From NCBI GenBank assembly GCA_964566495.1, contig CAZMIT010000018.1, positions 1 through 22,295 of the forward strand: a stretch of DNA of 22,295 nucleotides. The letters are read 5' to 3'. The position numbers were made by a program, and so were the translations under genes. The notes beneath the pieces were generated by a model. The model made no database searches. It was not told where the DNA came from and was given only the letters and a program-made list of their open reading frames with translations. Shown here piece after piece: positions 8,283 to 17,489 of this stretch (position 1 is the first letter of the stretch; the number at the start of each line of letters is the position of its first letter). This DNA comes from an uncultured bacterium. GTDB taxonomy: Bacteria > T1Sed10-126.

Positions 8283-8443
8283 TTAGCAGTTTTCTTTCCC
8301 CGGCAATCCCCATCAGCAAAAATTTTTGGTTTAAATTGGGTTATCTTTGTTAAAATTACAGTAAGATTTTGAGAGCTGTTTCAATCCTTTCAAACATAGG
8401 TTTATTTTAAGCAGTAGTTTATGGAGGTTTAACGGCAGTTAAC

Positions 8444-9367
8444 TTGGATAAGATAAACCCTTTAATTATAGTTGGTCCGACTGCTACCGGGAAATCAAGT
8501 TTTGTTTACGACAATCTGGGCAGTTATTCAATTCACGTTATATCTGCCGATTCTATGCAGGTTTACCGGGGTTTTGAGGTGGCAACTGCGACTCCACCGG
8601 CGGATATATTGAATAATATTAAACATAGTGGTGTCAATGAGCTGGAACCGTCCGAAAATTTTGACGTTTCTACTTTTCTGGAGCTGGCCGACCGGGCGAC
8701 AGAAACAGCGCTTGAATCAGGACGGCTGCCGGTCCTGGTCGGTGGAACTGCAATGTATATTCAAAAATATCTATATGGGCTTGATGAAATGCCCGGCGCC
8801 AATCCAGAATTTCGCCGGCGGCTTCGTCAACGAGCTAAAGAGGCGGGGCGGCAGCAGTTGCACCAAGAACTGCTTGAGGTTGATCCTCAAGCGGCCGAAA
8901 ATATTCATCCTAATGATTTGCGTCGCGTGATTAGAGCGCTTGAGATTTATCACGAGACAGGGCGGACTAAAACCGAGTTGACCAGCGGTGAGCAGCAGTA
9001 TAGGGCTGACCTTGACCCACTGCTGGTTTATCTCAAGAGACCGCGCGAGGAGCTTTACAGTCGGATTAGAAAGCGGGCGGAGAAGATGATTGAGCAGGGG
9101 CTGGTTGAGGAAATTGATCAGTTACGCGGTCGTGATCATCTGAATCGAAATATTAAGCAAGCTATTGGTTTTGCGGAAGGACTGGGGTGTTTGCGAGGGG
9201 AGCTGACAAAAGAAGAAGCAATTGAGAACATCACCAGGCGAACTAAACAGTTTGCTCGCAAACAGATTCGTTGGTTCGACCGGATGCCAGCTGATGTTAG
9301 CGGTCATCCGGAAACGGACCGGGAGGAGTTGATCCGGGTAATTGAGCAAGAATACGAACTCCAATGA
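8444..9367 (+). CDS. miaA: tRNA dimethylallyltransferase
   Basis: IVGPTATGKS, ISADSMQVYRG, VGGTAMY, IHPNDLRRVIRALEI, TKQFARKQIRWF. Confidence 0.96.
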   Translation: MDKINPLIIVGPTATGKSSFVYDNLGSYSIHVISADSMQVYRGFEVATATPPADILNNIKHSGVNELEPSENFDVSTFLELADRATETALESGRLPVLVGGTAMYIQKYLYGLDEMPGANPEFRRRLRQRAKEAGRQQLHQELLEVDPQAAENIHPNDLRRVIRALEIYHETGRTKTELTSGEQQYRADLDPLLVYLKRPREELYSRIRKRAEKMIEQGLVEEIDQLRGRDHLNRNIKQAIGFAEGLGCLRGELTKEEAIENITRRTKQFARKQIRWFDRMPADVSGHPETDREELIRVIEQEYELQ

Positions 9368-10493
9368 TGTAGAAGTGGCGCTGGGGGTGGCAATTGACGG
9401 CTGGCGCGCGAGCGGCCGGGCTCTGAAAGAGGAATTACGGGAGCTGGGTCTGCTGGCCGCTACGGCCGGAGCTCGACTGGAAGAAATAGAGGTTCAGCAG
9501 CGCTCCAAACCGGATCCTTCAACAATGATTGGTTCCGGGAAGGTAGAGGAGTTGTCTGAAAAGTCGAAGGATTTTGACCTGGTTATATTTAACGAAAATC
9601 TTAAGCCAGCGCAGCACGACAAGCTGCGCGAGAAGTTTCCGGTTAAAGTAATTGATCGGACGGATCTTATTCTTGATATTTTTGCTCAGCGCGCTCACAC
9701 CAAGGACGCCAAGATGCAGGTAGAGCTGGCTCAACTACAGCACAACTTGCCTCGCAAGCGTGGCTGGGGGTGGGCCCTTACGAACCCTGGTGCCGGCATT
9801 GGGACACGGGGGCCGGGGGAGACGAAGATGACTATCAAGGAACGGGATTTACGCGAGCGTATCCACCAGCTTGAGTCGCGGCTGGAAAAAATAAGGGATA
9901 AGCGTCGAACCCAGAGGAAAAATCGCCGCGGGATACCTGAGCTTAGCCTCGTTGGTTATACTAACAGTGGCAAAACAACCCTTTTGAATAATTTCTCGGA
10001 CTCGGATGAACGGCAAGAGGACATGCTTTTTGCAACTCTCGACACTAAGACCAGGCGGGTTCATCTTGAGGGAGATCGCTACTTTCTTCTTACCGATACT
10101 GTCGGTTTTATTCAGCGCATGCCTCCCAAGCTCAAGGATGCTTTTGTGGCCACCCTGGAAGAGTTGGATAGGGCTAACTGTCTGCTTCATGTGATTGATA
10201 TAACCGGGGCACGATTGCAGGAAAAAATGGAGACGGTAACCGAACTGCTCGAAGAGTTAAGTGTTACCGATCGACCTATTTTTAAGGTTTTTAATAAAAT
10301 TGATCTGGCGAGCGAGGGGCTAATTGACCGTTACCGTAAAAAGTTCCCCGGCGCTTATTTTGTCTCCGCTCAAACCGGAGAAGGGTTGACGAAACTAAAG
10401 GAATCAATATACCGTTATTTACTTGAAAACAATTTAATTGAAAGACCGGATTACGCAAAAAATCTACCACTAAGGGAGATGATCTCGCAGTGA
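9342..10493 (+). CDS. hflX: GTPase HflX
   Basis: DRT.LILDIFAQRAHT, QVELAQL, GIGTRGPGET, G1 GYTNSGKTT, LFATLD, DTVGFI, NKID. Start position is uncertain (TTG overlapping miaA). Confidence 0.95.
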   Translation: MSKNTNSNDVEVALGVAIDGWRASGRALKEELRELGLLAATAGARLEEIEVQQRSKPDPSTMIGSGKVEELSEKSKDFDLVIFNENLKPAQHDKLREKFPVKVIDRTDLILDIFAQRAHTKDAKMQVELAQLQHNLPRKRGWGWALTNPGAGIGTRGPGETKMTIKERDLRERIHQLESRLEKIRDKRRTQRKNRRGIPELSLVGYTNSGKTTLLNNFSDSDERQEDMLFATLDTKTRRVHLEGDRYFLLTDTVGFIQRMPPKLKDAFVATLEELDRANCLLHVIDITGARLQEKMETVTELLEELSVTDRPIFKVFNKIDLASEGLIDRYRKKFPGAYFVSAQTGEGLTKLKESIYRYLLENNLIERPDYAKNLPLREMISQ

Positions 10494-10930
10494 TTCCCTG
10501 GCAGACAATACAGGAGATAGCTGAGTTGAAAGAGGAGGCCGAGCTTACGGAACTCGGTTGGAAGGCGGAAGATTTTGAAGTTAAACTTAGTTCTAGCTCG
10601 CCTGGTGCTGTTGTTCCTTCGACTACTGATAGTGAACCACAAGCTGTTCGAGGAGCAAAACCGCGGTCCGAGGGAGCCCCGGCGCAAGATTGGATTGCCA
10701 TCGAGGCGCCCATGGTCGGAACCTTCTACGAGGCCCCGGCCCCCGATGCTGAACCTTTTGTGCAACCCGGTGACAAGGTAACTTATTCGACAACCGTTTG
10801 TATAATTGAGGCTATGAAGCTGATGAATGAGATTGAAGCGGAGTGCAAAGGAACGATCAAAAAAGTTTGTAAAGAGGATGCCGAGCCGGTGAGCAAAGGT
10901 GACCCGCTGTTTTACGTTGATCCCGCTTAA
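10490..10930 (+). CDS. accB: Acetyl-CoA carboxylase-type biotin carboxyl carrier protein
   Basis: APMVGTFYEAPAPDAEPFV and IIEAMKLMNEIEAE (biotinylated MK), with an AccB-like N-terminal segment. GTG overlaps the hflX stop (GTGA). Confidence 0.9.
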   Translation: MIPWQTIQEIAELKEEAELTELGWKAEDFEVKLSSSSPGAVVPSTTDSEPQAVRGAKPRSEGAPAQDWIAIEAPMVGTFYEAPAPDAEPFVQPGDKVTYSTTVCIIEAMKLMNEIEAECKGTIKKVCKEDAEPVSKGDPLFYVDPA

Positions 10931-11056
10931 TCTTGAAAAATCAATAATGAGCCCTCCCTTCATTTGTAAACGGGTTTGCGGGGGAAGAGAATTTAAACCA
11001 GTTAAATAATTCTGAACGTGCGGATGATTTTTAGTATTTAAGGAGAATAATTAACA

Positions 11057-12628
11057 ATGGATAACGAGCAGAACAAGGACGCTATGCGAGAGCTGATGGT
11101 GGAGTTAAAGGAAAACAAGGAGTCAACAAAATTAGGCGGAGGCGAAGAGCGAATAGAAAAACAGCATGATAAGGGAAAAATGACTGCCCGCGAGCGGATT
11201 GAGTTTCTCGTTGACGAGGGCTCTTTTCGTGAGATTAATCCGTTTACCAAGCACCGCTGTTATGACTTTGGGATGCAGGAGAAACGACCCGCCGGCGACG
11301 GCGTAGTTACGGGAGCAGCTCAGATTGACTCGCGCCCGGTTTTTTTAATGGCCCAGGATTTCACTGTTATGGGGGGGTCGCTTGGTGAAATGCATGCTGA
11401 AAAGATTGTTGCGGTCCAGGAGAAGGCCCGTGAAAACGGCGTCCCTTTCATTCAAATTAATGATTCAGGCGGAGCTCGTATCCAGGAGGGGATACACTCC
11501 CTGAACGGGTATGGAAAAATATTTAAGAACAATACTTTTGCTTCCGGCGCAATTCCACAGATCACCTGTATCATGGGCCCTTGTGCGGGCGGGGCAGTTT
11601 ACTCGCCGGCAATTACTGACTTCATATTTATGGTCGAGGAGACCAGCAACATGTTTTTAACCGGTCCCAAGGTTATTAAGGAGGTCACCGGTGAGGAAGT
11701 CGGTGTGCAGGAGCTTGGTGGTGCTCAGACCCACGTGCGGACCACGGGAACTGCTGACCAGAGTTTTACGGATGAACGCAAATGTCTGGATGCGGTGAAG
11801 AAGCTGCTCAAGTTTTTACCCGATAATTATCAAGAATCGCCGCCGACGGTTCAATTTGAAGACCCGGTGGATCGTTCGACGGACGAGATTCTTGAAGTTG
11901 TTCCCACCGAGCCCAAACAGGCCTTTGACATGCGAGATGTTATCAGGCCGGTGCTTGACGATCAGCAGTTCATGGAGTTTAAACCCTGGTTCGCTGATAA
12001 CTGTGTGGTTGGGCTGGGTAGACTTGCTGGACATCCAGTCGGTATTATTGGCAATCAGCCCAAGAAGCTTGCCGGCTGCCTGGATATTGACAGCGCTGAC
12101 AAGATCGCTCGCTTTATCAGGCTCTGTGACTCGTTTAACATACCGCTTATCAACTTTGTTGACGTGCCGGGATTTTTGCCGGGAGTTGGGCAAGAACACG
12201 GCGGGGTTATCCGTCATGGCGCTAAGATGCTTTATGCTTATGCTGAGGCAACAGTGCCCAAGCTTAGTCTTATAGTGCGCAAATCCTATGGCGGCGCTTT
12301 TGTGGCTATGTGCAGTCGAGATCTCGGTTATGATTCGGTGATTGCCTATCCCACGGCTGAAATTGCTGTCATGGGGGCGGAGGGAGCGGTAAACATTATT
12401 CACAGCAAGGAAATAGATGAAGCCGAAGATCCCGACGCCAGGCGCCAGGAGAAGATCGACGAGTTTCGCGAGAGATTTTCCAACCCTTATCGGGCCGCCG
12501 AAGACGGACTTGTCGATCAGATTATTAATCCGGCTGAAACGCGGCGCTGTCTCGTGGAATCGCTGGAAATGGTGATTGATAAACACCAGCCGCGGCCCGA
12601 CAAAAAGCACGGCAATATACCGCTGTGA
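11057..12628 (+). CDS. mmdA: Acyl-CoA carboxyltransferase (methylmalonyl-CoA decarboxylase alpha / PccB family)
   Basis: GKMTARERI, QDFTVMGGSLGE, DSGGARIQEG, GPCAGGAVYSPA.TDF, DVPGFLPG..QEHGG.IRHGAK, KKHGNIPL. Followed by delta, gamma and beta subunit genes. Confidence 0.88.
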   Translation: MDNEQNKDAMRELMVELKENKESTKLGGGEERIEKQHDKGKMTARERIEFLVDEGSFREINPFTKHRCYDFGMQEKRPAGDGVVTGAAQIDSRPVFLMAQDFTVMGGSLGEMHAEKIVAVQEKARENGVPFIQINDSGGARIQEGIHSLNGYGKIFKNNTFASGAIPQITCIMGPCAGGAVYSPAITDFIFMVEETSNMFLTGPKVIKEVTGEEVGVQELGGAQTHVRTTGTADQSFTDERKCLDAVKKLLKFLPDNYQESPPTVQFEDPVDRSTDEILEVVPTEPKQAFDMRDVIRPVLDDQQFMEFKPWFADNCVVGLGRLAGHPVGIIGNQPKKLAGCLDIDSADKIARFIRLCDSFNIPLINFVDVPGFLPGVGQEHGGVIRHGAKMLYAYAEATVPKLSLIVRKSYGGAFVAMCSRDLGYDSVIAYPTAEIAVMGAEGAVNIIHSKEIDEAEDPDARRQEKIDEFRERFSNPYRAAEDGLVDQIINPAETRRCLVESLEMVIDKHQPRPDKKHGNIPL

Positions 12629-12707
12629 TTATTTACACCCACTTCAAAAAGTTCCCTTCCCCCTGAAGGGTGAGAGTTGGCAAAAATTATGCGAATGGTG
12701 AGTCAAA

Positions 12708-12995
12708 ATGCTTGACTGGCCTGTTTTGAACACGGCTTTGCTGGTATCGGGGGTTGGTATATCCGTGGTGGCGGGGGCATTACTACTGCTCATTTTTACT
12801 ATTCTTATTTTACGCTTTATTTTCCCGGCTGACTTAAGTTCTGCTACAGAAGAAGAAAAACCAGAAAATGGGGGAGAAGAAGCCGAATCTTCAGAAGATG
12901 GGGAGGCAGCGCTGGCGGCAGCGGCAGTTGAACACCACAGACGGCAACTGCAGCTTGGCGATCGTTTGAAAGAGGGCTCGAAACATTTGCGCTGA
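12708..12995 (+). CDS. Na+-translocating decarboxylase delta / OadG-family subunit
   Basis: Single N-terminal TM helix, acidic linker, AALAAAAVEHH segment, located between the alpha and biotin-carrier genes. Confidence 0.75.
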   Translation: MLDWPVLNTALLVSGVGISVVAGALLLLIFTILILRFIFPADLSSATEEEKPENGGEEAESSEDGEAALAAAAVEHHRRQLQLGDRLKEGSKHLR

Positions 12996-13036
12996 CCGGC
13001 GCGGGTTAAATAACTCTTAAAGGTAAGGTAGATAAC

Positions 13037-13471
13037 ATGGCTCGTTATGAATTCGAACGTGAAGGAGAAAAGATTGAAGTTGAAGTGGAGTGGTCGGGGG
13101 ACGGCTATGAAGTCAGGATGGGCGATCAAAGCTGGAAATTCAAACCTGTAACCGCGGGTGACGGGGGCGAGGCGGGCGACGGCGTTAGCAAAGCTGATAC
13201 CGCTGGCACGGAAACTGATAGCGAGGGGGAAAAACAGGCAAAAACTGGTGCTGGTGGTGCCGTGTTAACACCTATTTCGGGGAAAGTTTTAGAAGTATTA
13301 GTTGCTCTCGATCAGTCTGTAGAAGCCGGGGATGATCTCGTTAAACTTGAGGCGATGAAACTGGAGTCTGTAATTCCCGCGCCCCGGGCCGGTAGGGTCA
13401 GTGCTATCCACGTAAGTGCGGGAGAAGACGTGGAAGAAGATCAGAAATTGATCACTCTGGAGAGGCAGTAG
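13037..13471 (+). CDS. Biotin carrier (gamma) subunit of the decarboxylase
   Basis: Flexible A/G-rich linker and a biotinyl domain TPISGKVLEV...LEAMKLESVIPAP.AG.V. Confidence 0.88.
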   Translation: MARYEFEREGEKIEVEVEWSGDGYEVRMGDQSWKFKPVTAGDGGEAGDGVSKADTAGTETDSEGEKQAKTGAGGAVLTPISGKVLEVLVALDQSVEAGDDLVKLEAMKLESVIPAPRAGRVSAIHVSAGEDVEEDQKLITLERQ

Positions 13472-13478
13472 GCTAATC

Positions 13479-14597
13479 GTGGAGAGTATATACCAGATAA
13501 TTAATTTGACTGGCATTCAGCAGTTTACGCTTGGTCAAGTGGGAATGGTAGGGGTGGGGCTTATTCTCGCTTACCTGGGAGTAAAAAAACGATTTGAGCC
13601 CTTATTATTAGTTCCGATAGGTTTCGGTATTGTCCTGGCCAACATGCCGGCCACCGGTTTGCTGGCCGAGGAAGGGCTACTTTCCTTTTTTAAACTGGGG
13701 ATAAGTTACGAAATTTTGCCCCCACTTATTTTTCTTGGCGTTGGCGCCTTAACGGACTTTACCCCAATGCTTTCCTCCCCCTACACGATGCTGCTCGGAA
13801 TGGCTGCACAAACCGGTATATTCTTGACCCTGCTGGGAGCGATAGTGCTTGGTTTTGCGCCCGCCCAGGCGGCGGCTATTGGAATTATTGGCGGTGCTGA
13901 CGGGCCGACAGCTATCTTTGCCGCCAACCGCCTGGCCGGTGACCTGGTCGGACCGATTGCCGTTGCCGCTTACTCTTACATGGCTCTTGTCCCTTTAATC
14001 CAGCCTCCGGTTATTAAGGCGTTGACTACCAAAAAAGAACGGTCCATTAAGATGGGTTCCAGCGTCAAAGTAAACGAGACGGTTAAGGTAGTCTTCCCCG
14101 CCGTCTGCATGGTGATAACTATTCTCCTGATTCCGACCGCGGCGCCGCTCGTGGGGATGCTGATGCTGGGTAATTTTATCAGGGTTTGCGGGGTGGTTGA
14201 CCGGCTTAATCGGGCCGCCCAGGACTACCTGATGGACATTGTGACTCTCCTGCTTGGTTTGGCCGTGGGAGCGTCTATGCCGTCCGAGCGCTTCTGGCGT
14301 TGGGAGACCCTGGGGATCCTGCTGCTCGGCGTCTGTGCCTTTGTTTTCGCTACTATCTGTGGGCTGTTGTTTGGAAAAATAATGTGCTGGATTACTGGTG
14401 GTAAAGTTAATCCGATTATCGGCGCCGCCGGGGTTAGCGCCGTGCCCATGGCCGCCCGGGTGGCTCACCAGGTAGGTCAGGAGGAAGACCCCTCCAATCA
14501 GCTAATCATGGTAGCGATGGGAGCCAACGTGGCCGGGGTGATCGGCTCGGCGCTGGCCGCCGGCGTCCTTATTCAGCTGGTGCCGCTCTGGTTTTAA
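13479..14597 (+). CDS. Na+-translocating decarboxylase beta subunit (OadB/MmdB)
   Basis: FEPLLLVPIGFG, IGIIGGADGPT, IAVAAYSYMALVP.IQPP, IGAAGVSAVPMAARV, MGANVAGVIGS. Confidence 0.96.
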   Translation: MESIYQIINLTGIQQFTLGQVGMVGVGLILAYLGVKKRFEPLLLVPIGFGIVLANMPATGLLAEEGLLSFFKLGISYEILPPLIFLGVGALTDFTPMLSSPYTMLLGMAAQTGIFLTLLGAIVLGFAPAQAAAIGIIGGADGPTAIFAANRLAGDLVGPIAVAAYSYMALVPLIQPPVIKALTTKKERSIKMGSSVKVNETVKVVFPAVCMVITILLIPTAAPLVGMLMLGNFIRVCGVVDRLNRAAQDYLMDIVTLLLGLAVGASMPSERFWRWETLGILLLGVCAFVFATICGLLFGKIMCWITGGKVNPIIGAAGVSAVPMAARVAHQVGQEEDPSNQLIMVAMGANVAGVIGSALAAGVLIQLVPLWF

Positions 14598-14607
14598 ATA
14601 AAATACT

Positions 14608-15141
14608 ATGGAAAAAAAGCTTTCCAAGACTATCTCTTATTTTTTACGTCACGCGCCGGAAGAAGCCGGCCTGGAAATGGACGAGTTTGGGTTTGTCTCG
14701 CTTGAAAAGCTGGCCGAGGCGCTTCGGGATCGGGGCTGGACCGGGCTGGTAGTTGACGAGCTGGCTGAGAAAATAAAGGCCGGCGGCAGCAAAAGATTTG
14801 AGGTTATGGAGGGCAAAGTTAGAGCCAAATACGGGCACAGCCGGGATATAAAGGTTGACCGGCTCCCCCTAAAAGACCCCGGTACACTTTACCACGGCAC
14901 TTCCCCCGGGGCCTGGAGAAGTATAAAGGAAGAGGGCATAAAACCTCAGAATAGACAGCACGTGCACCTGTCCGCCACCGTTGATGAGGCCTATAGGGTG
15001 GGTCAGCGTCATGCCGCCGACCCGGTGATACTTGTAATTGAACCGCCGTCTTCGGCAAGTGATAAGTTTTATCAGGCTGCTGAAAACGTCGTGCTTACGG
15101 ATTACGTCCCCCCCGAATGGATCACCGGGACAACCAGGTAG
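14608..15141 (+). CDS. kptA: RNA 2'-phosphotransferase (Tpt1/KptA)
   Basis: SYFLRHAP, KRFE, RAKYGHS, LYHGT, R.HVHLS, A.RVG.RH. The catalytic Arg-His-Arg-Arg residues are present. Confidence 0.93.
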   Translation: MEKKLSKTISYFLRHAPEEAGLEMDEFGFVSLEKLAEALRDRGWTGLVVDELAEKIKAGGSKRFEVMEGKVRAKYGHSRDIKVDRLPLKDPGTLYHGTSPGAWRSIKEEGIKPQNRQHVHLSATVDEAYRVGQRHAADPVILVIEPPSSASDKFYQAAENVVLTDYVPPEWITGTTR

Positions 15142-15172
15142 AATAATTATTTTTTAGTGGGAGGATTAGAGT

Positions 15173-16258
15173 ATGACTGATATTCCTGCCAGAGGTGAGA
15201 TGGCAACTCGACTACGAGAGTGTGGAGTCGCTGGGGCAGGGGGAGCCGGATTTCCAACCTACGTCAAGTGGCAGAATCTCAACGAAATTGAGAACTTGCT
15301 TGTCAACCTCCAGGAGGGGGAACCGCCATTTTATGGCGATTGCTGGTTAATTTCGTCGCAGGTTGATTTTTACCTAAAAGGGCTCAGTAAACTGGCAGCT
15401 GTAGTCTTTGACTCGGTTGTCGTAGCTACTAAAGAAAAATATCGGGAAAAATGGTTTAAAGAGCTGGAAAAATTACTGGCCGAAAGTGTATATTTTCCAA
15501 CTGCGCTGCCGCTGGAAGTTGAGGATCGGCAGGGTCTAATTCTCGCCTACACCGGAGACCGCTACGAGATCAGCCAGGAGTCATCACTGCTCTGGACAGT
15601 GGCCGGTGAACGTGTAGGGGGGGATTTGCCGACCAATCACGGTTGGATCGTGCAGAACGCTGAAACAACCTATAACATCCTGTTAGCCTTGTTAGAAGGT
15701 AGGCCGGTGACCCGTAAACATGTCCTGTTATATGGACCAGATCAGCCGGCCAGGTATTTTGTTGTCCCGATAGGCACGCCCGTGTTTGAACTGCTGGATG
15801 CTGTGGAAAAAATGAGTCTAAATAACCTGAAGGAGCCGGTGCTGTTGGATGGTGGACCGGGCTGGTGCTGTGAGGTGGAGAGATCGTTCAGTGACTCTGT
15901 TGTCAGCAAACGAACCAACGGATTGATGATTGCCGGTAGAGATTTTGTTGAAGAGTATCGAGAGAAGAGAGAGCCGGAAAGAATTAATGCTCTGGCGGCT
16001 GGGGACTGGTCCCCAACGGAAGACTTCCCGGAACCCAAGTGGTTGGAACCAGATGAGGTGCGAGTACCGTTGATTAGCAATCCGCTGCTGGCGGGGGGTG
16101 TGAGTCCGAGCCAGCCAGTGGTTGAACCGGGCAACCGGGTAAAAAGGGGAGACGTTGTCGCCGAACCGGCTTCCGAAGGTATAAGCAACTATCAGCACGC
16201 CTCAATCAGCGGCGGCGTAACCGCAGTAGACGAAAATTTTGTAACAATCGAGAAATGA
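15173..16258 (+). CDS. PduS/RnfC-like flavoprotein (complex I 51K-like + SLBB-like + C-terminal barrel-sandwich domain)
   Basis: GVAGAGGAGFPTYVKW, VN..EGEP, VQNAETT.NI, VPIGTPV, DGGPGW, and a C-terminal PVVEPGNRVKRGDVVA...HASISG.V segment. Confidence 0.75.
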   Translation: MTDIPARGEMATRLRECGVAGAGGAGFPTYVKWQNLNEIENLLVNLQEGEPPFYGDCWLISSQVDFYLKGLSKLAAVVFDSVVVATKEKYREKWFKELEKLLAESVYFPTALPLEVEDRQGLILAYTGDRYEISQESSLLWTVAGERVGGDLPTNHGWIVQNAETTYNILLALLEGRPVTRKHVLLYGPDQPARYFVVPIGTPVFELLDAVEKMSLNNLKEPVLLDGGPGWCCEVERSFSDSVVSKRTNGLMIAGRDFVEEYREKREPERINALAAGDWSPTEDFPEPKWLEPDEVRVPLISNPLLAGGVSPSQPVVEPGNRVKRGDVVAEPASEGISNYQHASISGGVTAVDENFVTIEK

Positions 16259-16277
16259 AGCAGAGGGGTTAGTTTAT

Positions 16278-17186
16278 TCACCCGGGCTTATTGTTAGTGG
16301 TTTCTTGAAGTCTGAGTTCAGTGGCGCTGCGCAGGTGCAGGTCTCTCTGCGGGAAGGGGATTTCGATATTTTCTTCGCGGAACCGCCGGTCGATTTCGTA
16401 GTTTATTTCACTTTTCACCTGGGCGCGACGGCGGGGTGTCTTGATCCAGACGCGCAGCTCAAAGTTCAGGGAGGAGTCGCCAAATTCAACAAAAAGCACA
16501 TTTGGCTCAGGAGTTTCTAATACTTTTGGATGTTCACGGGCAATTTCATATAAAATTTTCTGGACTTTTTCAGTATCGACACCGTAAGCTACTCCCACCG
16601 GACAGCTAATTCGGATGTATTCCTCGCCGTGCGACCAGTTAATAACATTGTCTTCAACAAAAGCCGAGTTTGGAATGATGATGTCAATGTTTTCCCAGGT
16701 GTTAACTTCTGTCGCTCGAAGATTAATACCGGTCACCGTTCCGAGCTGGTCACCGACTGTAACAGTATCCCCCACTTCAATCGGTCTTTCAAAGAGAAGG
16801 ATAAGTCCGCTGATGAAGTTGGAGGTTATATTCTGCAGCCCGAAACCGATACCGACACTGAGGAAGCCGGCGATGATGGCCAGGCTGGAGAGGTCGATCC
16901 CGGCGATCTCAAAGGCTACTAAAAATCCAATGATTAGAACTGTGTAATGTATAAGCCGTTTTACTGTGAAGTCAATGCCGGAAGAAAAACGGGAGGAGAC
17001 CCGGCGGTCGTAAAGTTTACGAATGTAAATTGAAAGCAAATATGTAGAGGCGATAACAGCAATAAAAACTAAAATTGCAAGCAGGGTAATCGGCGTGTCC
17101 TGGAGCTTAAACAGGGGATAGTTAATAATATCGTGCAGCAGGTTAAGAAACGTCTCATAAGTGATAGAAGGCAGAACGTCAAACAT
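16278..17186 (-). CDS. Small-conductance mechanosensitive channel (MscS family)
   Basis: GFLSVGIGFGLQNITSNFISGLILLFERPIEVGD, IIIPNS, VGVAYG.D, FGDSSLNFEL, IEIPFPQRDLH. SD ggagg. Confidence 0.95.
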   Translation of the reverse strand: MFDVLPSITYETFLNLLHDIINYPLFKLQDTPITLLAILVFIAVIASTYLLSIYIRKLYDRRVSSRFSSGIDFTVKRLIHYTVLIIGFLVAFEIAGIDLSSLAIIAGFLSVGIGFGLQNITSNFISGLILLFERPIEVGDTVTVGDQLGTVTGINLRATEVNTWENIDIIIPNSAFVEDNVINWSHGEEYIRISCPVGVAYGVDTEKVQKILYEIAREHPKVLETPEPNVLFVEFGDSSLNFELRVWIKTPRRRAQVKSEINYEIDRRFREENIEIPFPQRDLHLRSATELRLQETTNNKPG

Positions 17187-17298
17187 TAGTGGATACCTCC
17201 GGTATGATAGTGATTTATTGCAAATAAGTATAACTGGCTAAGAAGGAAAGGAAAAGCCGGATATTATACTAAGACAAGTAATATGTTAAAATAATTCA

Positions 17299-17464
17299 GG
17301 GTTAGCCCTGATAATTCACGACAGCACAACTATCGTGAATTATCCGTCCGAAGGACACCCAGCTCTTTCCCAGTAAAGGGCTGGGTGGGTTAACCCCGCC
17401 CATTTTACGAATGGGCGGCCCTTTGGGCGGCCTATGCATAAGGTTCATGCATAGGCCGGGTTAG
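17299..17464 (+). repeat. Tandem four-way-junction palindromic element, copy A (two units)
   Basis: GGG-TTAG-CCC, 12-bp hairpin, GTCC-gaa-GGAC, 12-bp hairpin, GGG-TTAA-CCC, 8-bp hairpin, GCCC-ttt-GGGC, 11-bp hairpin, GGG-TTAG. Confidence 0.85.
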
Positions 17465-17489
17465 AAAGTTGTGCTCCAAAACCTATCGA

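Noticed and set aside
11816..12610. 264-aa antisense ORF and other shadow ORFs in the track (e.g. 5993-6529, 10451-10963, 13995-14468)
   Set aside because: They lie opposite or within well-supported genes and have no motifs, as expected from codon bias.
12993..13010. Possible additional YTAR-CCC/GGG-YTAR unit (tgaccggcgcgggttaa), also ctaaccc at the cimA and HAD stop codons
   Set aside because: Only short end-like motifs without the three internal hairpins, which could arise by chance.
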